64,000 bases of DNA from Candidatus Velesiimonas alkalicola (GTDB lineage: Bacteria; Omnitrophota; Gorgyraeia; Velesiimonadales; Velesiimonadaceae). The stretch's first letter is position 1; every line of letters begins with the position of its first letter. The stretch covers positions 26,875-90,874 of the forward strand of contig NDHX01000005.1 in the NCBI GenBank assembly GCA_013626165.1. The letters are read 5' to 3'. Position numbers and translations under genes: made by a program. This document shows, piece after piece, positions 50,893 to 59,686 of the stretch. Below the pieces are notes generated by a model. That model was not told the DNA's origin, searched no databases, and was given only the letters and a program-made list of their open reading frames with translations.

Positions 50893-50902
50893 AAATGCTT
50901 TT

Positions 50903-51748
50903 ATGGAAAAGAGACATCGACAACATCTAAAAACACGAAAAAGTCCGCCCTTTAACCTTTTATCCAAGGGACAAGAGGATACGGCAAAAGTGGCTTCGAA
51001 TATTGTGTGGGAAACAATACTTAAAAAATACCCACACTTAGATTTTAATAATCTTGAGACACTGGGTCTTAAAGACTTGAAAGCTGGATATGCTATTGCG
51101 TATATAAACCGAGGCACAAAATTAGTCGGTTTGCCAGAAAGAAAACCCAAAGAATTACAAGCCTTCGACTCCGCAGACGGAATTAAACCTGATGGCGGTA
51201 TATTTTTTGTTCAATCAAAAAAAGATAATTTTAACCATATTATTGGCGCGCTTGAAGTAAAACATCAAGGAGAATATGACGGATATACGCCAATTAGTGA
51301 CGCCGATTGGAAGAAGAAAGGCGGCGACCCTTCAATTCCAAGAGAGAAAAGACCGCCTCAAGCACAAGGTAATGCGATAGAGAGATTTGCTAAAAACGCC
51401 AATGCCATAAAAACACTAACCAGTTTTTATGGCTACAATCCTTATATTGTTTTTACTGAAGGGTTTGACTTTTTCCTTAAAGATGATTTCAAGATTTTTG
51501 AAAAACAACCGCATTCTTCCCGTTTCAAAAACAGAGATTCTTCGATTCTTATGAGGTTGATAGCTGGAAATGATTGGCTTCCGCTCAATAGGGTATATGT
51601 TGATTGCTTGCAGCACGGTAATACCCAAATCTGCCCAGCGACAATTTTTGCTCGAATGTCAAAATGGAGCGCAGAGGAAATCGCGAAAATTATGTTAGTA
51701 GTTATCGATAAATCTCTTGCGCGTCTACGCAAACTTGATGAGATTTAA
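50903..51748 (+). CDS. EcoRI-family type II restriction endonuclease
   Basis: 281 aa with DGIKPDGGIFFV, EVKHQGE and AQGNAIERFAKN, which correspond to EcoRI motifs (SIKPDGGI, EAKHQG, AAGNAIER). Confidence 0.75.
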   Translation: MEKRHRQHLKTRKSPPFNLLSKGQEDTAKVASNIVWETILKKYPHLDFNNLETLGLKDLKAGYAIAYINRGTKLVGLPERKPKELQAFDSADGIKPDGGIFFVQSKKDNFNHIIGALEVKHQGEYDGYTPISDADWKKKGGDPSIPREKRPPQAQGNAIERFAKNANAIKTLTSFYGYNPYIVFTEGFDFFLKDDFKIFEKQPHSSRFKNRDSSILMRLIAGNDWLPLNRVYVDCLQHGNTQICPATIFARMSKWSAEEIAKIMLVVIDKSLARLRKLDEI

Positions 51749-52944
51749 GCAGTTTTCTTTTCAAGAATCCAAAGCAATTCTTTGACTTTTATATCCCTAT
51801 CGCGCAGATTTCTTGAGCCGCGATAAGTGTTATAATCTTGCTCCATTAGTTCCCATTTCCCGTATTGCGAGAGAATTTTTTTGAAGACATCAATTGGAAT
51901 TATTCCCTCGTCGTTATAGGAAATCGCAATAAATTTTGCCCGAGTACCGGCCAAGAGTTGATCCATCGCATCTTCGGCAATCTTTCTTTTGTTATACGCC
52001 GATCTGTTCCATTCTTTTGCTATACCGCTTACACCATCTTGTATTCCCACTGGCTTACCGCCATTGATAATATTAAGCATAAAGTAATTCGAGCCATAAG
52101 GATGTTGATTATAGGGTGGGTCATAATAGACTAAATCAAAGAATGGAATATTTTTGTCTTTCACCAGTTCATTTACATCTCGTTTGCAAACAAACACAGG
52201 ACACTCAAAATCAGAAAATTCAGGCACATCAAGCGAAATTTCTTTTTTAATACGAGAAAGAGCGTTTTCCCCCCGTCCGCCAAAATGTCCATTGCCGTTG
52301 TGCTTATGAAATCCCTTAAACACGCCTGATGTGTTTGTGTGGATAGACGCTTTTACCAAAAGCGAGGCGAGACAAAAATGTTTATATTTTCTTGGCACTT
52401 CATCAATCAGTTCCCGTAAGTTATCTATAATTTTTGCGTTTTTGTTTGTGTAAAATACTCTTTCTCCTTGTTGGACATTATTATCATTTTTTGGAGCATA
52501 ATTTTTTTCTATAAATCCAATATCATTAGCTTTAAGTTTTAATTTATTTTCGTTGAGCCAATTTATATATTTTTCTAATTCTTTTATATCTATTTCTGAT
52601 TTATTAGCAAGATAAGCATGATTTAATGTTTCGGCGTAATCTTCCAAATCGTTTACATGAAGTTCGCTCGCAAATGCTTTTAACAAGCGAGCCGCCGCAC
52701 CACTTCCGACGAAGCCATCTAGTATAACCATTTTTTGCTTCCCTAACTTTTCCCTGATTTTCAGAAATCCTTTATACAGAAAAGGCAGTAGCCGTCGTTT
52801 ATTGCCAATATAGGTAATAAGATGGGAAGTAAAAAATGGGCTCTGTAAGTCTAAATTTTTTACAGGGTCTGAAGGAAACAAATTCAATTTCGATTGTGGA
52901 TAATGTTTCGATGGCATATTTTTTCTGATAACTTTAGTATACAC
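51745..52944 (-). CDS. Dam-like (D12-class, alpha) N6-adenine DNA methyltransferase of R-M system A
   Basis: 399 aa: YIGNKRRLLPFL...ILDGFVGSGAAARLL...NDLED...DPPY. The order matches Dam/EcoRV-type MTases. Convergent with, and 4 bp overlapping, the REase gene. Confidence 0.75.
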   Translation of the reverse strand: MYTKVIRKNMPSKHYPQSKLNLFPSDPVKNLDLQSPFFTSHLITYIGNKRRLLPFLYKGFLKIREKLGKQKMVILDGFVGSGAAARLLKAFASELHVNDLEDYAETLNHAYLANKSEIDIKELEKYINWLNENKLKLKANDIGFIEKNYAPKNDNNVQQGERVFYTNKNAKIIDNLRELIDEVPRKYKHFCLASLLVKASIHTNTSGVFKGFHKHNGNGHFGGRGENALSRIKKEISLDVPEFSDFECPVFVCKRDVNELVKDKNIPFFDLVYYDPPYNQHPYGSNYFMLNIINGGKPVGIQDGVSGIAKEWNRSAYNKRKIAEDAMDQLLAGTRAKFIAISYNDEGIIPIDVFKKILSQYGKWELMEQDYNTYRGSRNLRDRDIKVKELLWILEKKTA

Positions 52945-52989
52945 AATTGAAAAAATAATAGCAAGAGGGTATTATTAAATATAGAAGAA

Positions 52990-53250
52990 AATTTGCCGCC
53001 AAAGAAAAACTTGTCATGCCTGAGGCAGATCCGCCTCTGGCGGAAAATCGTCCTTCTCGCCTCCGCTTCCCACCTACGCACTGCTTCGGTCGGGCAGGCA
53101 AGGCGAGGCAGGCAGAAAAGGGTTTGGTCTTTGCTTTTCTGCCCGGCGGAGCCAATCTGTCACAAAATCAGTTCGGATATTTTCAAACAGGCACCGCCAG
53201 TTGGTAAAAGCGAAGTTTGGCTCGCCACCCGTCCCGCCCTCTAAGCCCAT
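52990..53250. repeat. GC-rich structured repeat block (copy 1 of a family also at 59000-59340, with a degenerate copy near 9560-9620)
   Basis: Shares a ~60-bp core CCGCTTCCC(A/G)CCT...CTTCGGTCGGGCAGGCAAGGCGAGGC and an AAAAGGCACCGCCA motif with 59115-59290. Contains a TCCGCC-TCT-GGCGGA hairpin. Confidence 0.8.
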
Positions 53251-53462
53251 CACAAAAATTGGTTGCTTTATTGTTTTTAATATTTCTGAAATAAATTCTA
53301 TAAAACTTTATCATGAGCATAGAGGGCGGGATGAATTTTTTGTCTTTGTCCCGCAAAGCAGAACGTCAGAAGCGGGCTTTTCTTTTTCTTGATTGTTTTG
53401 TTTTTATTTGTTATCATATACTTGTATAGAATTATAGCAGAACAATTTAATGTTATCAAATT

Positions 53463-53675
53463 ATGGAAAATAATCAAGAAAATAAACTGGGAAAAAAGAT
53501 AAAATCATTTCGGCTTAAACTTGAACTTTCACAGGACGAATTTGCCAGAAAAGCTGATATTCCTTACACCACGCTAACTAAAATTGAAACCGGCGTTATT
53601 AAGAAGCCATCGGTTTTTGTTATGGCAAAAATCGCCAAAGCACTGGGTGTTTCGATTGAGGATTTAATAAAATAA
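53463..53675 (+). CDS. Controller-type HTH protein (XRE family) of R-M system B
   Basis: 70 aa with LSQDEFARKADIPYTTLTKIETGVIKKPSVFVMAKIAKALGVSIEDLIK. The last ~50 nt are identical to gene 56183-56389. Confidence 0.7.
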   Translation: MENNQENKLGKKIKSFRLKLELSQDEFARKADIPYTTLTKIETGVIKKPSVFVMAKIAKALGVSIEDLIK

Positions 53676-53679
53676 AACT

Positions 53680-54348
53680 ATGAAAAATTCATTTTTAAGA
53701 GCAATCTCAAAAACATTTCGAGCTTACAATACTTTCGGTGCTAGAAGTAATAAAAAATTAATTCCTGTACATAAATGGTTTGCCGAGGTCATAGAAAATA
53801 AATTAGGGAAAGGATATTCGGTTAAAAGTTTAGGGAAAGACGGAGAATTTAAAATAGATGGAAAATACTATCCAAAAACACTAGACATTTCTATTTTTAA
53901 AAATCAAAGAATAATTACGACAATTAGTTTTAAGTTTGTTACCTCAAATTATAAACAGAACTCAAATAATTATTTCGAAAACTTACTTGGAGAAACCGCA
54001 AATATAAGACGAGTAAATGTTGGCTTCGCCCATTTTCTAGTTTTGCGAGCTCGCACCCCCTATTATGATAAAAATAAAGGCAGCCTGAGAGGAAAAGAAA
54101 AGAAGATAGAAATTTTAAACGAAAATGATTTAGTAAAATATGTTAAACTTTTTAATGATTTGGATTTCCCGCACAAACCAGAAGTGTTAGGTATGGCTAT
54201 AATAGATTTTGATAAACGAGGATGTGCTTATTTTGAAAACTTAAAAAATTTAGGGCTGACAGAAGAAACAAAAAATATTTTAGAAAGTCAATTATCAGTA
54301 GAAAATTTCATTGGGAAAGTAATAGCGTTGTGTAAATTAAAATCCTAG
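53680..54348 (+). CDS. Putative type II restriction endonuclease of system B (family not recognised by eye)
   Basis: 222 aa ORF. It starts 5 nt after the C gene stop and ends 4 nt before the MTase start. No similarity to housekeeping families is recognised. Confidence 0.45.
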   Translation: MKNSFLRAISKTFRAYNTFGARSNKKLIPVHKWFAEVIENKLGKGYSVKSLGKDGEFKIDGKYYPKTLDISIFKNQRIITTISFKFVTSNYKQNSNNYFENLLGETANIRRVNVGFAHFLVLRARTPYYDKNKGSLRGKEKKIEILNENDLVKYVKLFNDLDFPHKPEVLGMAIIDFDKRGCAYFENLKNLGLTEETKNILESQLSVENFIGKVIALCKLKS

Positions 54349-54351
54349 ACT

Positions 54352-55905
54352 ATGAAAATTAGCGAAAAAAAATTAAATGGCATTGTTTATACTCCTCAAT
54401 GGATTGTTGAGTTAATTTTGGACAATCTCGATTATAAAAATAATATTTACCAAAAAAAGATTATTGATCCGGCTTGCGGAGATGGGGCATTTTTAAGCGA
54501 AGTGCTTGTTAGATTTCTTAAAGATGCTAAAAAAGCAAAAATAGAAAATAAGATTATAAAAGAAAAAATAGAAAACAATATATTCGGCTTTGATATCGAC
54601 GAAAATGCTATAAAAAAATGTATTTTAATACTGGAAGGTATTGCCAAAAAATATGACTTAAAAAATATTAAATGGAATATCTTAAAGACGGATAGTTTAG
54701 ATAAATTTTTCGTTAGTAGATTTTTTGGTTCATTCGATTTCGTTGTTGGCAATCCACCATATATTAGGATTCAACATCTTGGTCTAAAAAGAAGGGAAAA
54801 AATTCAGAATGAATGGCAATTATGTAAAAAGGGGTCAACGGACATTTTTATTACCTTTTTTGAGCTCGGTTATTATTTGTTAAAAAAAACCGGGAAATTG
54901 GGTTATATTGCGCCAAACACTTATCTTAAAACAAAAGCAGGCGAAGGTTTAAGAAACTTTATAAAATTCCACCAAATATTAAAAACACTGATTGATTTTG
55001 AGCATAATCAATTATTTGATAACGCTACGACTTATTCTTTGATAACTATTTTAGATAAAAACCACAAGAAAAACACCTTTTTTTTATTTAAGGGCAATAA
55101 AGAAAATATAAATTATATTGATGAGATAAATATTGAAAATTTAAACAAAGATAATTGGATTTTAACTTCAAACGATATTCTTGAAAAATTAAATAAAATT
55201 GAAAAAAGAGGATTGCATCTGAATGAAATTGCAAAAATTCACGTCGGGATAACCACGCTTGCAGATGATTATTATATTTTTAAGGACCCTGTAATCGATG
55301 GCGATTTCGCAGAAATTAAATTAAAAGATGGAAGAGTATTCCAAGTCGAACGGGAAATTTTAAAACCGATAATAAAAGCCTCTGTGCTTAAAAATCCTAA
55401 TGAGAACCAAAATCGTTTTATAATTTTCCCTTATAAAAAAGTGAACAGCAGGCATTCTATTATTCCAGAAAAGGATCTGAAAGAAAAATATCCTTTTACA
55501 TATAAATATTTTGAGGCAATAAAAGAAGTTCTTGATAATCGCGATAAAGGAAAACCGAATCCTGTTGATTGGTATGCATTTGGAAGGTCACAGGGTCTTG
55601 ATACTTCATTTGGTAAAAAAATATTAACATCGCCAATAAATCTAAAACCAAATTTTATTGTTTGGGAAAAAGAAGAATATACTTTTTATGCCGGATATTG
55701 CATTAAATTCGATGGAGATCTAAAACTTTTAGCTAAACATCTAAACTCAAAAGATATGGAGTTTTACATTAACCATATTAGTAGAAACTATCAAAATAAT
55801 TATAAATCTTTCGCTAAAAGTTTTATCGAGAGATTTGGTATTGATGATTTAAATTTGGTAAATGGGCAGAAACAAAGACAACGATTATTGATATTTCAAC
55901 ACTAA
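54352..55905 (+). CDS. Gamma-class N6-adenine DNA methyltransferase (Eco57I/TaqI-like, NPPY) with C-terminal target-recognition domain
   Basis: 517 aa with motif X GIVYTP, motif I IIDPACGDGAFL and motif IV GNPPYIRIQ. Confidence 0.8.
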   Translation: MKISEKKLNGIVYTPQWIVELILDNLDYKNNIYQKKIIDPACGDGAFLSEVLVRFLKDAKKAKIENKIIKEKIENNIFGFDIDENAIKKCILILEGIAKKYDLKNIKWNILKTDSLDKFFVSRFFGSFDFVVGNPPYIRIQHLGLKRREKIQNEWQLCKKGSTDIFITFFELGYYLLKKTGKLGYIAPNTYLKTKAGEGLRNFIKFHQILKTLIDFEHNQLFDNATTYSLITILDKNHKKNTFFLFKGNKENINYIDEINIENLNKDNWILTSNDILEKLNKIEKRGLHLNEIAKIHVGITTLADDYYIFKDPVIDGDFAEIKLKDGRVFQVEREILKPIIKASVLKNPNENQNRFIIFPYKKVNSRHSIIPEKDLKEKYPFTYKYFEAIKEVLDNRDKGKPNPVDWYAFGRSQGLDTSFGKKILTSPINLKPNFIVWEKEEYTFYAGYCIKFDGDLKLLAKHLNSKDMEFYINHISRNYQNNYKSFAKSFIERFGIDDLNLVNGQKQRQRLLIFQH

Positions 55906-56182
55906 AAATTGTGTAAAGTTTTAAAAATATTTTTTAAATAAATATGACACCAGAATCGGCAGGGCCGAACAATCCGCCAAAGGCGGATTAGAAAAACTTG
56001 AAATCGTCGCCTCGCTGTGCGAGGCGCAAACCGCCGAAAAACCTGAAAAAATGTCGGCTCAAACTTTATTTTGGCCAGAAGCAGGCTTTTTCTCATTTTT
56101 TGTTTGATTGTTTTTATAATATTTGTTATCATTATATTGAAAAGATAATATATCACTTACATACTATCAAATTATTGAAAAT

Positions 56183-56389
56183 ATGGCAACAGAAATCAAC
56201 ATAGGCGAAAATATAAAGAAATACCGAAATAAACAAGGATTATCTCAAGAGGATTTTGCTAAGAAATCAGGCGTAAAATATACTACCCTGACTAAAATTG
56301 AGAGCAATGTAATAAAAAAGCCGTCCGTGCTTGTTATGGCGAAAATCGCCAAAGCACTGGGTGTTTCGATTGAGGATTTAATAAAATAA
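56183..56389 (+). CDS. Controller-type HTH protein (XRE family) of R-M system C
   Basis: 68 aa with LSQEDFAKKSGVKYTTLTKIESNVIKKPSVLVMAKIAKALGVSIEDLIK. Its C-terminal DNA is identical to gene 53463-53675. Confidence 0.7.
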   Translation: MATEINIGENIKKYRNKQGLSQEDFAKKSGVKYTTLTKIESNVIKKPSVLVMAKIAKALGVSIEDLIK

Positions 56390-56394
56390 AAAAT

Positions 56395-57027
56395 ATGTCA
56401 AGTAAAATAATAGAAATTTTTAACGATGAAAAGTTGATAGATAAAATTAAGAATCGCCTGCCACATTTATTTCAGTTAGCGGAATTAGAAAGCTCAAGAG
56501 CTGGGAAAATTGGAATGGAGGTCGGTTCTTTGCGCGAAAAGATTATTACTGCACTGCTTATTTATAAATTTGGGAAAGAAAATGTTGAGACAGAAATCCC
56601 CATAACCGAATCAGAAATTGATGCTAACCTTTTTGGAGCCCCCATCTCTATTAAAACAATAACCGGTACTAGATTCGGAGGAGTTAAACTAGTTTGGACG
56701 GTTGATGCCAAAAAAGCAGACGAATTTCGTAAAAATTATGAGCCCAGTTACGATATATTGTTTATACAAATTAATTGGGGAAGCGTAGGGGGATTTTACT
56801 ATATTCCATTGGAATCTCAGCGAAGGTTGTTCGATCGAATAGGGAGAGAAAATTATATTCAACTTCCAAAACCGGGAACAAACCCGAGAGGAGCGGAGAT
56901 TACTAAAGAAGCGCTATCAAGTTTAGTTAGAGACAAAGATGCCAAGACCATAGAAATACTATGGAAAAAGACAACAATAGAGTTTAACCCATATAAAAGA
57001 TGGGTAGATTACTGGAAAGAAGATTAG
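56395..57027 (+). CDS. Putative type II restriction endonuclease of system C
   Basis: 210 aa ORF between the C gene and the MTase gene in the same tight operon layout (5-nt and 1-nt spacers). Confidence 0.45.
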   Translation: MSSKIIEIFNDEKLIDKIKNRLPHLFQLAELESSRAGKIGMEVGSLREKIITALLIYKFGKENVETEIPITESEIDANLFGAPISIKTITGTRFGGVKLVWTVDAKKADEFRKNYEPSYDILFIQINWGSVGGFYYIPLESQRRLFDRIGRENYIQLPKPGTNPRGAEITKEALSSLVRDKDAKTIEILWKKTTIEFNPYKRWVDYWKED

Positions 57028-57028
57028 T

Positions 57029-57949
57029 ATGATATACCATAATTATAAAAGAAAAAATGGAACGCAAACCAGCGCCTTTGGTGCACCAGGTCGAATTAAC
57101 CATGACTCGTCAAAATTTTATAACAGCAAGCTTTATGAGGGGTTAAATAATGGAAAAGATGTTGAGTATGTTGAAAATCCAATTGAACCGCAAAATATAA
57201 ACAAAGTTTTTTGCAAGAGCAGTGAGGCAATGATAGAACTTCCAGATAACAGTGTTCATTTGATGGTCACTTCACCACCTTATAATGTTGGTAAAATGTA
57301 TGATGAAAATTTATCCCTCAAAGAATATAGAGAGTTGCTAAAACGAGTATTCAAAGAAACATACAGGGTTTTGGTCCCCGGCGGTAGAGCTTGTATAAAT
57401 ATAGCAAATTTAGGCAGAAAACCATATTTGCCACTTCACAGTTATATCATAGAAGATATGCACGCTCTTGGTTTTTTGATGAGGGGCGAGTTGCTTTGGG
57501 ACAAAGGAAGTAGCGCAAGTTCTTCAACAGCTTGGGGAACTTATCTAAAAGCAAACAATCCGGTATTGCGGGATGTCCATGAATATATTCTTGTTTTTTG
57601 TAAAGATACATTCACTCGTTTAAATCCGCATAAAAGAAAAAGTACCATTTCAAAAGAAGAATTTTTAGAATTTACAAAGAGTGTTTGGAAATTTTCCGCA
57701 GAGCGAGCTTCAAAAGTAGGCCACCCCGCTCCTTTTCCAGTTGAACTACCTTATCGCTTAATCCAACTTTATACTTTTGAAGGCGATGTTGTCCTTGACC
57801 CATTTGTTGGCGCCGGAACTACTTGCATTGCGGCACTAAAAACCAATAGAAAATATGTGGGTTATGATATTGATAAACAATATTGTGATTTGGCGGAACG
57901 AAGAATAAAACAATTTTTACAAGAACAAACGACATTATTTTCGAAATAA
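57029..57949 (+). CDS. Beta-class DNA methyltransferase (N4-cytosine/N6-adenine, SPPY motif; MethyltransfD12/N6_N4_Mtase family)
   Basis: 306 aa with motif IV VTSPPYNVGK upstream of motif I VVLDPFVGAGTT, the beta-class order (IV before I). Confidence 0.8.
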   Translation: MIYHNYKRKNGTQTSAFGAPGRINHDSSKFYNSKLYEGLNNGKDVEYVENPIEPQNINKVFCKSSEAMIELPDNSVHLMVTSPPYNVGKMYDENLSLKEYRELLKRVFKETYRVLVPGGRACINIANLGRKPYLPLHSYIIEDMHALGFLMRGELLWDKGSSASSSTAWGTYLKANNPVLRDVHEYILVFCKDTFTRLNPHKRKSTISKEEFLEFTKSVWKFSAERASKVGHPAPFPVELPYRLIQLYTFEGDVVLDPFVGAGTTCIAALKTNRKYVGYDIDKQYCDLAERRIKQFLQEQTTLFSK

Positions 57950-57965
57950 ACCAAACGTTCAAACT

Positions 57966-58019
57966 ATGGCGAAAATTGCCAAAGCGTTGGGTGTTTCGAT
58001 TGAGGAGTTATTAAAATGA
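57966..58019 (+). pseudogene. Remnant of a fourth controller gene: only the last 17 codons (MAKIAKALGVSIEELLK*) survive, overlapping the start of the downstream ORF
   Basis: DNA atggcgaaaattgccaaagcgttgggtgtttcgattgaggagttattaaaatga is near-identical to the 3' ends of the C genes at 53463-53675 and 56183-56389. Its TGA overlaps the ATG at 58016. Confidence 0.7.
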
Positions 58020-58915
58020 AAACTATAAAAAGCAAAACACTCGCAATATTTGGAGTAGTAACTTGGATACTTTCGGTTGCGTCTTTGGCTAAAGATCTCG
58101 CTGGAAATTATACGGCTCCAACAGCTTTAATTGTGGTGTCGGCATTGGCAACGCTGGTATTCACGATTATGGCAGTAGTCCGATTATGGAAACCACAAAA
58201 AGTTACTGCCGTTTTGTTTCTTGTATTGTCTTTAGTTTCTCTTGTATACGTTTCGGCTCCAATCAAAATAGTTACCTTCGTTTTGTTTATTTGGGTAATA
58301 TCGCTTCTTTGGGTAATGGGGAAACACGAGGGTCTCGCCAAGAAACTTCAAAAAGATTCTGGACTTACTGATGAAGAATTTTCTGCAATGCTAAAAGAAA
58401 AACAGAAAGGCAATGATAAAGCGGTAGAGAAAATACTTGCTTCAGCGCAAGAACGCGCTAAGGCAAAATATAAAGAAGTTACAGGCGTTAATCCAAAAAG
58501 CATTGTCCCAGAAATCGGCAAGGAGATTTCATGGGCAGATATTGTAAATCATACATTCCGCGTTTTGGATTTTGACAGAAACGAAACAACTATTGATGAA
58601 AATAATCAGGTAAAAGCCAAGAGCCGGCTCCAACCGTACGGGTATTTGCTCGCAGAATCGCCAATTTTGAATAATCGTGTAAAATTGCCTATTATTCATC
58701 GTGATGATTTTCTCCTTGCCGCAAGCGTATTTGATGAACCAAAATTGGCGGCTATGGTTAAAGACGAAGAATTGCTTGTAGTTTACTCGCCAAAACATTT
58801 AGGGCCAAAAGGGTTATCCGGTAGTCCCCACCACGTTTTACATTACGCGATTACGCCTCACGGGACATTAGACGCTTACTACTCGAAAAACAATGATATA
58901 TATGGCGAGACCTGA
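58016..58915 (+). CDS. Membrane protein of unknown function (3-4 N-terminal TM helices plus a soluble C-terminal domain), occupying the R/M position of a fourth cassette
   Basis: 299 aa with a hydrophobic N-terminus (IFGVVTWILSVASLA..., ALIVVSALATLVFTIMAVV, VLFLVLSLVSLVYV, VTFVLFIWVISLLWV) and a charged middle region. No recognised family. Confidence 0.55.
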   Translation: MKTIKSKTLAIFGVVTWILSVASLAKDLAGNYTAPTALIVVSALATLVFTIMAVVRLWKPQKVTAVLFLVLSLVSLVYVSAPIKIVTFVLFIWVISLLWVMGKHEGLAKKLQKDSGLTDEEFSAMLKEKQKGNDKAVEKILASAQERAKAKYKEVTGVNPKSIVPEIGKEISWADIVNHTFRVLDFDRNETTIDENNQVKAKSRLQPYGYLLAESPILNNRVKLPIIHRDDFLLAASVFDEPKLAAMVKDEELLVVYSPKHLGPKGLSGSPHHVLHYAITPHGTLDAYYSKNNDIYGET

Positions 58916-58999
58916 ACCACAGAAGTTAGTTGGACAATTTGTATATCAAGGTGAGATAAAAGTGCAGATAAATCCTGAACAGGAATTTTAAGGATTTGC

Positions 59000-59340
59000 C
59001 GCCAAAGAGGAAAATCATTTATGATTTTCCTTGCGGGCTACCGCCCGCGAAAAACTTGAAATCGTCCCCCGAAGTAGTCCGCCTTGGGCGGACACTACGG
59101 GGCAGGCTTTTCGCTTCCGCTTCCCGCCTTCACTTTTCAGCTTCGGTCGGGCAGGCAAGGCGAGGCGGGTGGAAAGGGGGTTCGGGGGGAAGGAATTTTT
59201 GCCCGCCCGAGCGGAAAAGTTTTTTAGAAATCAATTTCCGGATTTTCGTTAAAATAGGTTCGAATTTTAACCAAAAGGCACCGCCAATTTTCAGAATTCG
59301 GATTTTGGGCAATAAGTTACCTCGCCCCACCAGAGAAACT
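59000..59340. repeat. GC-rich structured repeat block (copy 2) closing the island
   Basis: Shares a conserved core with 53067-53130, a GAAAAACTTGAAATCGTC motif with 55985-56010, and the hairpin TCCGCC-TTG-GGCGGA. The ORF-track genes starting MPPK(R)K inside both copies are artefacts of the repeat. Confidence 0.8.
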
Positions 59341-59686
59341 GTGTTGCAATGCAGAAGACTTGATTATTAAGCCCAATCAGAAATTCCGAAATAAGGATTA
59401 AACAAGTATTTGATAAATTTAGCCCTGTAAGATATAATACGCTTATCACCCGCCCACCTGTTGCGTTGAAAAGAAAGAGGCGGATGCGGTAACCTGCCGC
59501 CTGTCTCTGCCCTAAGACTTAAGATGTGGGGACAGATGATCAGTTGGGTAGCCGATTCATCCTCTACAACAGACAGTGGCGGATAAACAGTGAACCTTAT
59601 CACCTGAGAGCTCTACAAAGGACCGGGTGAATTGACGGATAATCAGGGATCTGTGCTCACAGACTCTCAAAAAGGAGAATTAAGTT

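Noticed and set aside
52993-53244. ORF-track genes beginning MPPKKN... (52993-53244) and MPPKRK... (58996-59370), plus other small Arg-rich ORFs in the GC-rich blocks.
   Set aside because: They lie entirely inside homologous GC-rich repeat copies. Their similarity (SASVGQARRG) just mirrors conserved DNA over ~60 bp. They have no RBS or start context and a biased Arg/Gly/Pro composition typical of GC-rich noncoding DNA.
50469-59340. Classical integron (IntI plus attC cassettes) as the explanation for the R-M cassette array.
   Set aside because: No tyrosine-recombinase or IntI-like gene is in or near the island. The junction elements do not show the attC R''-L''/L'-R' imperfect palindrome layout. 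The idea is retained only as an analogy.
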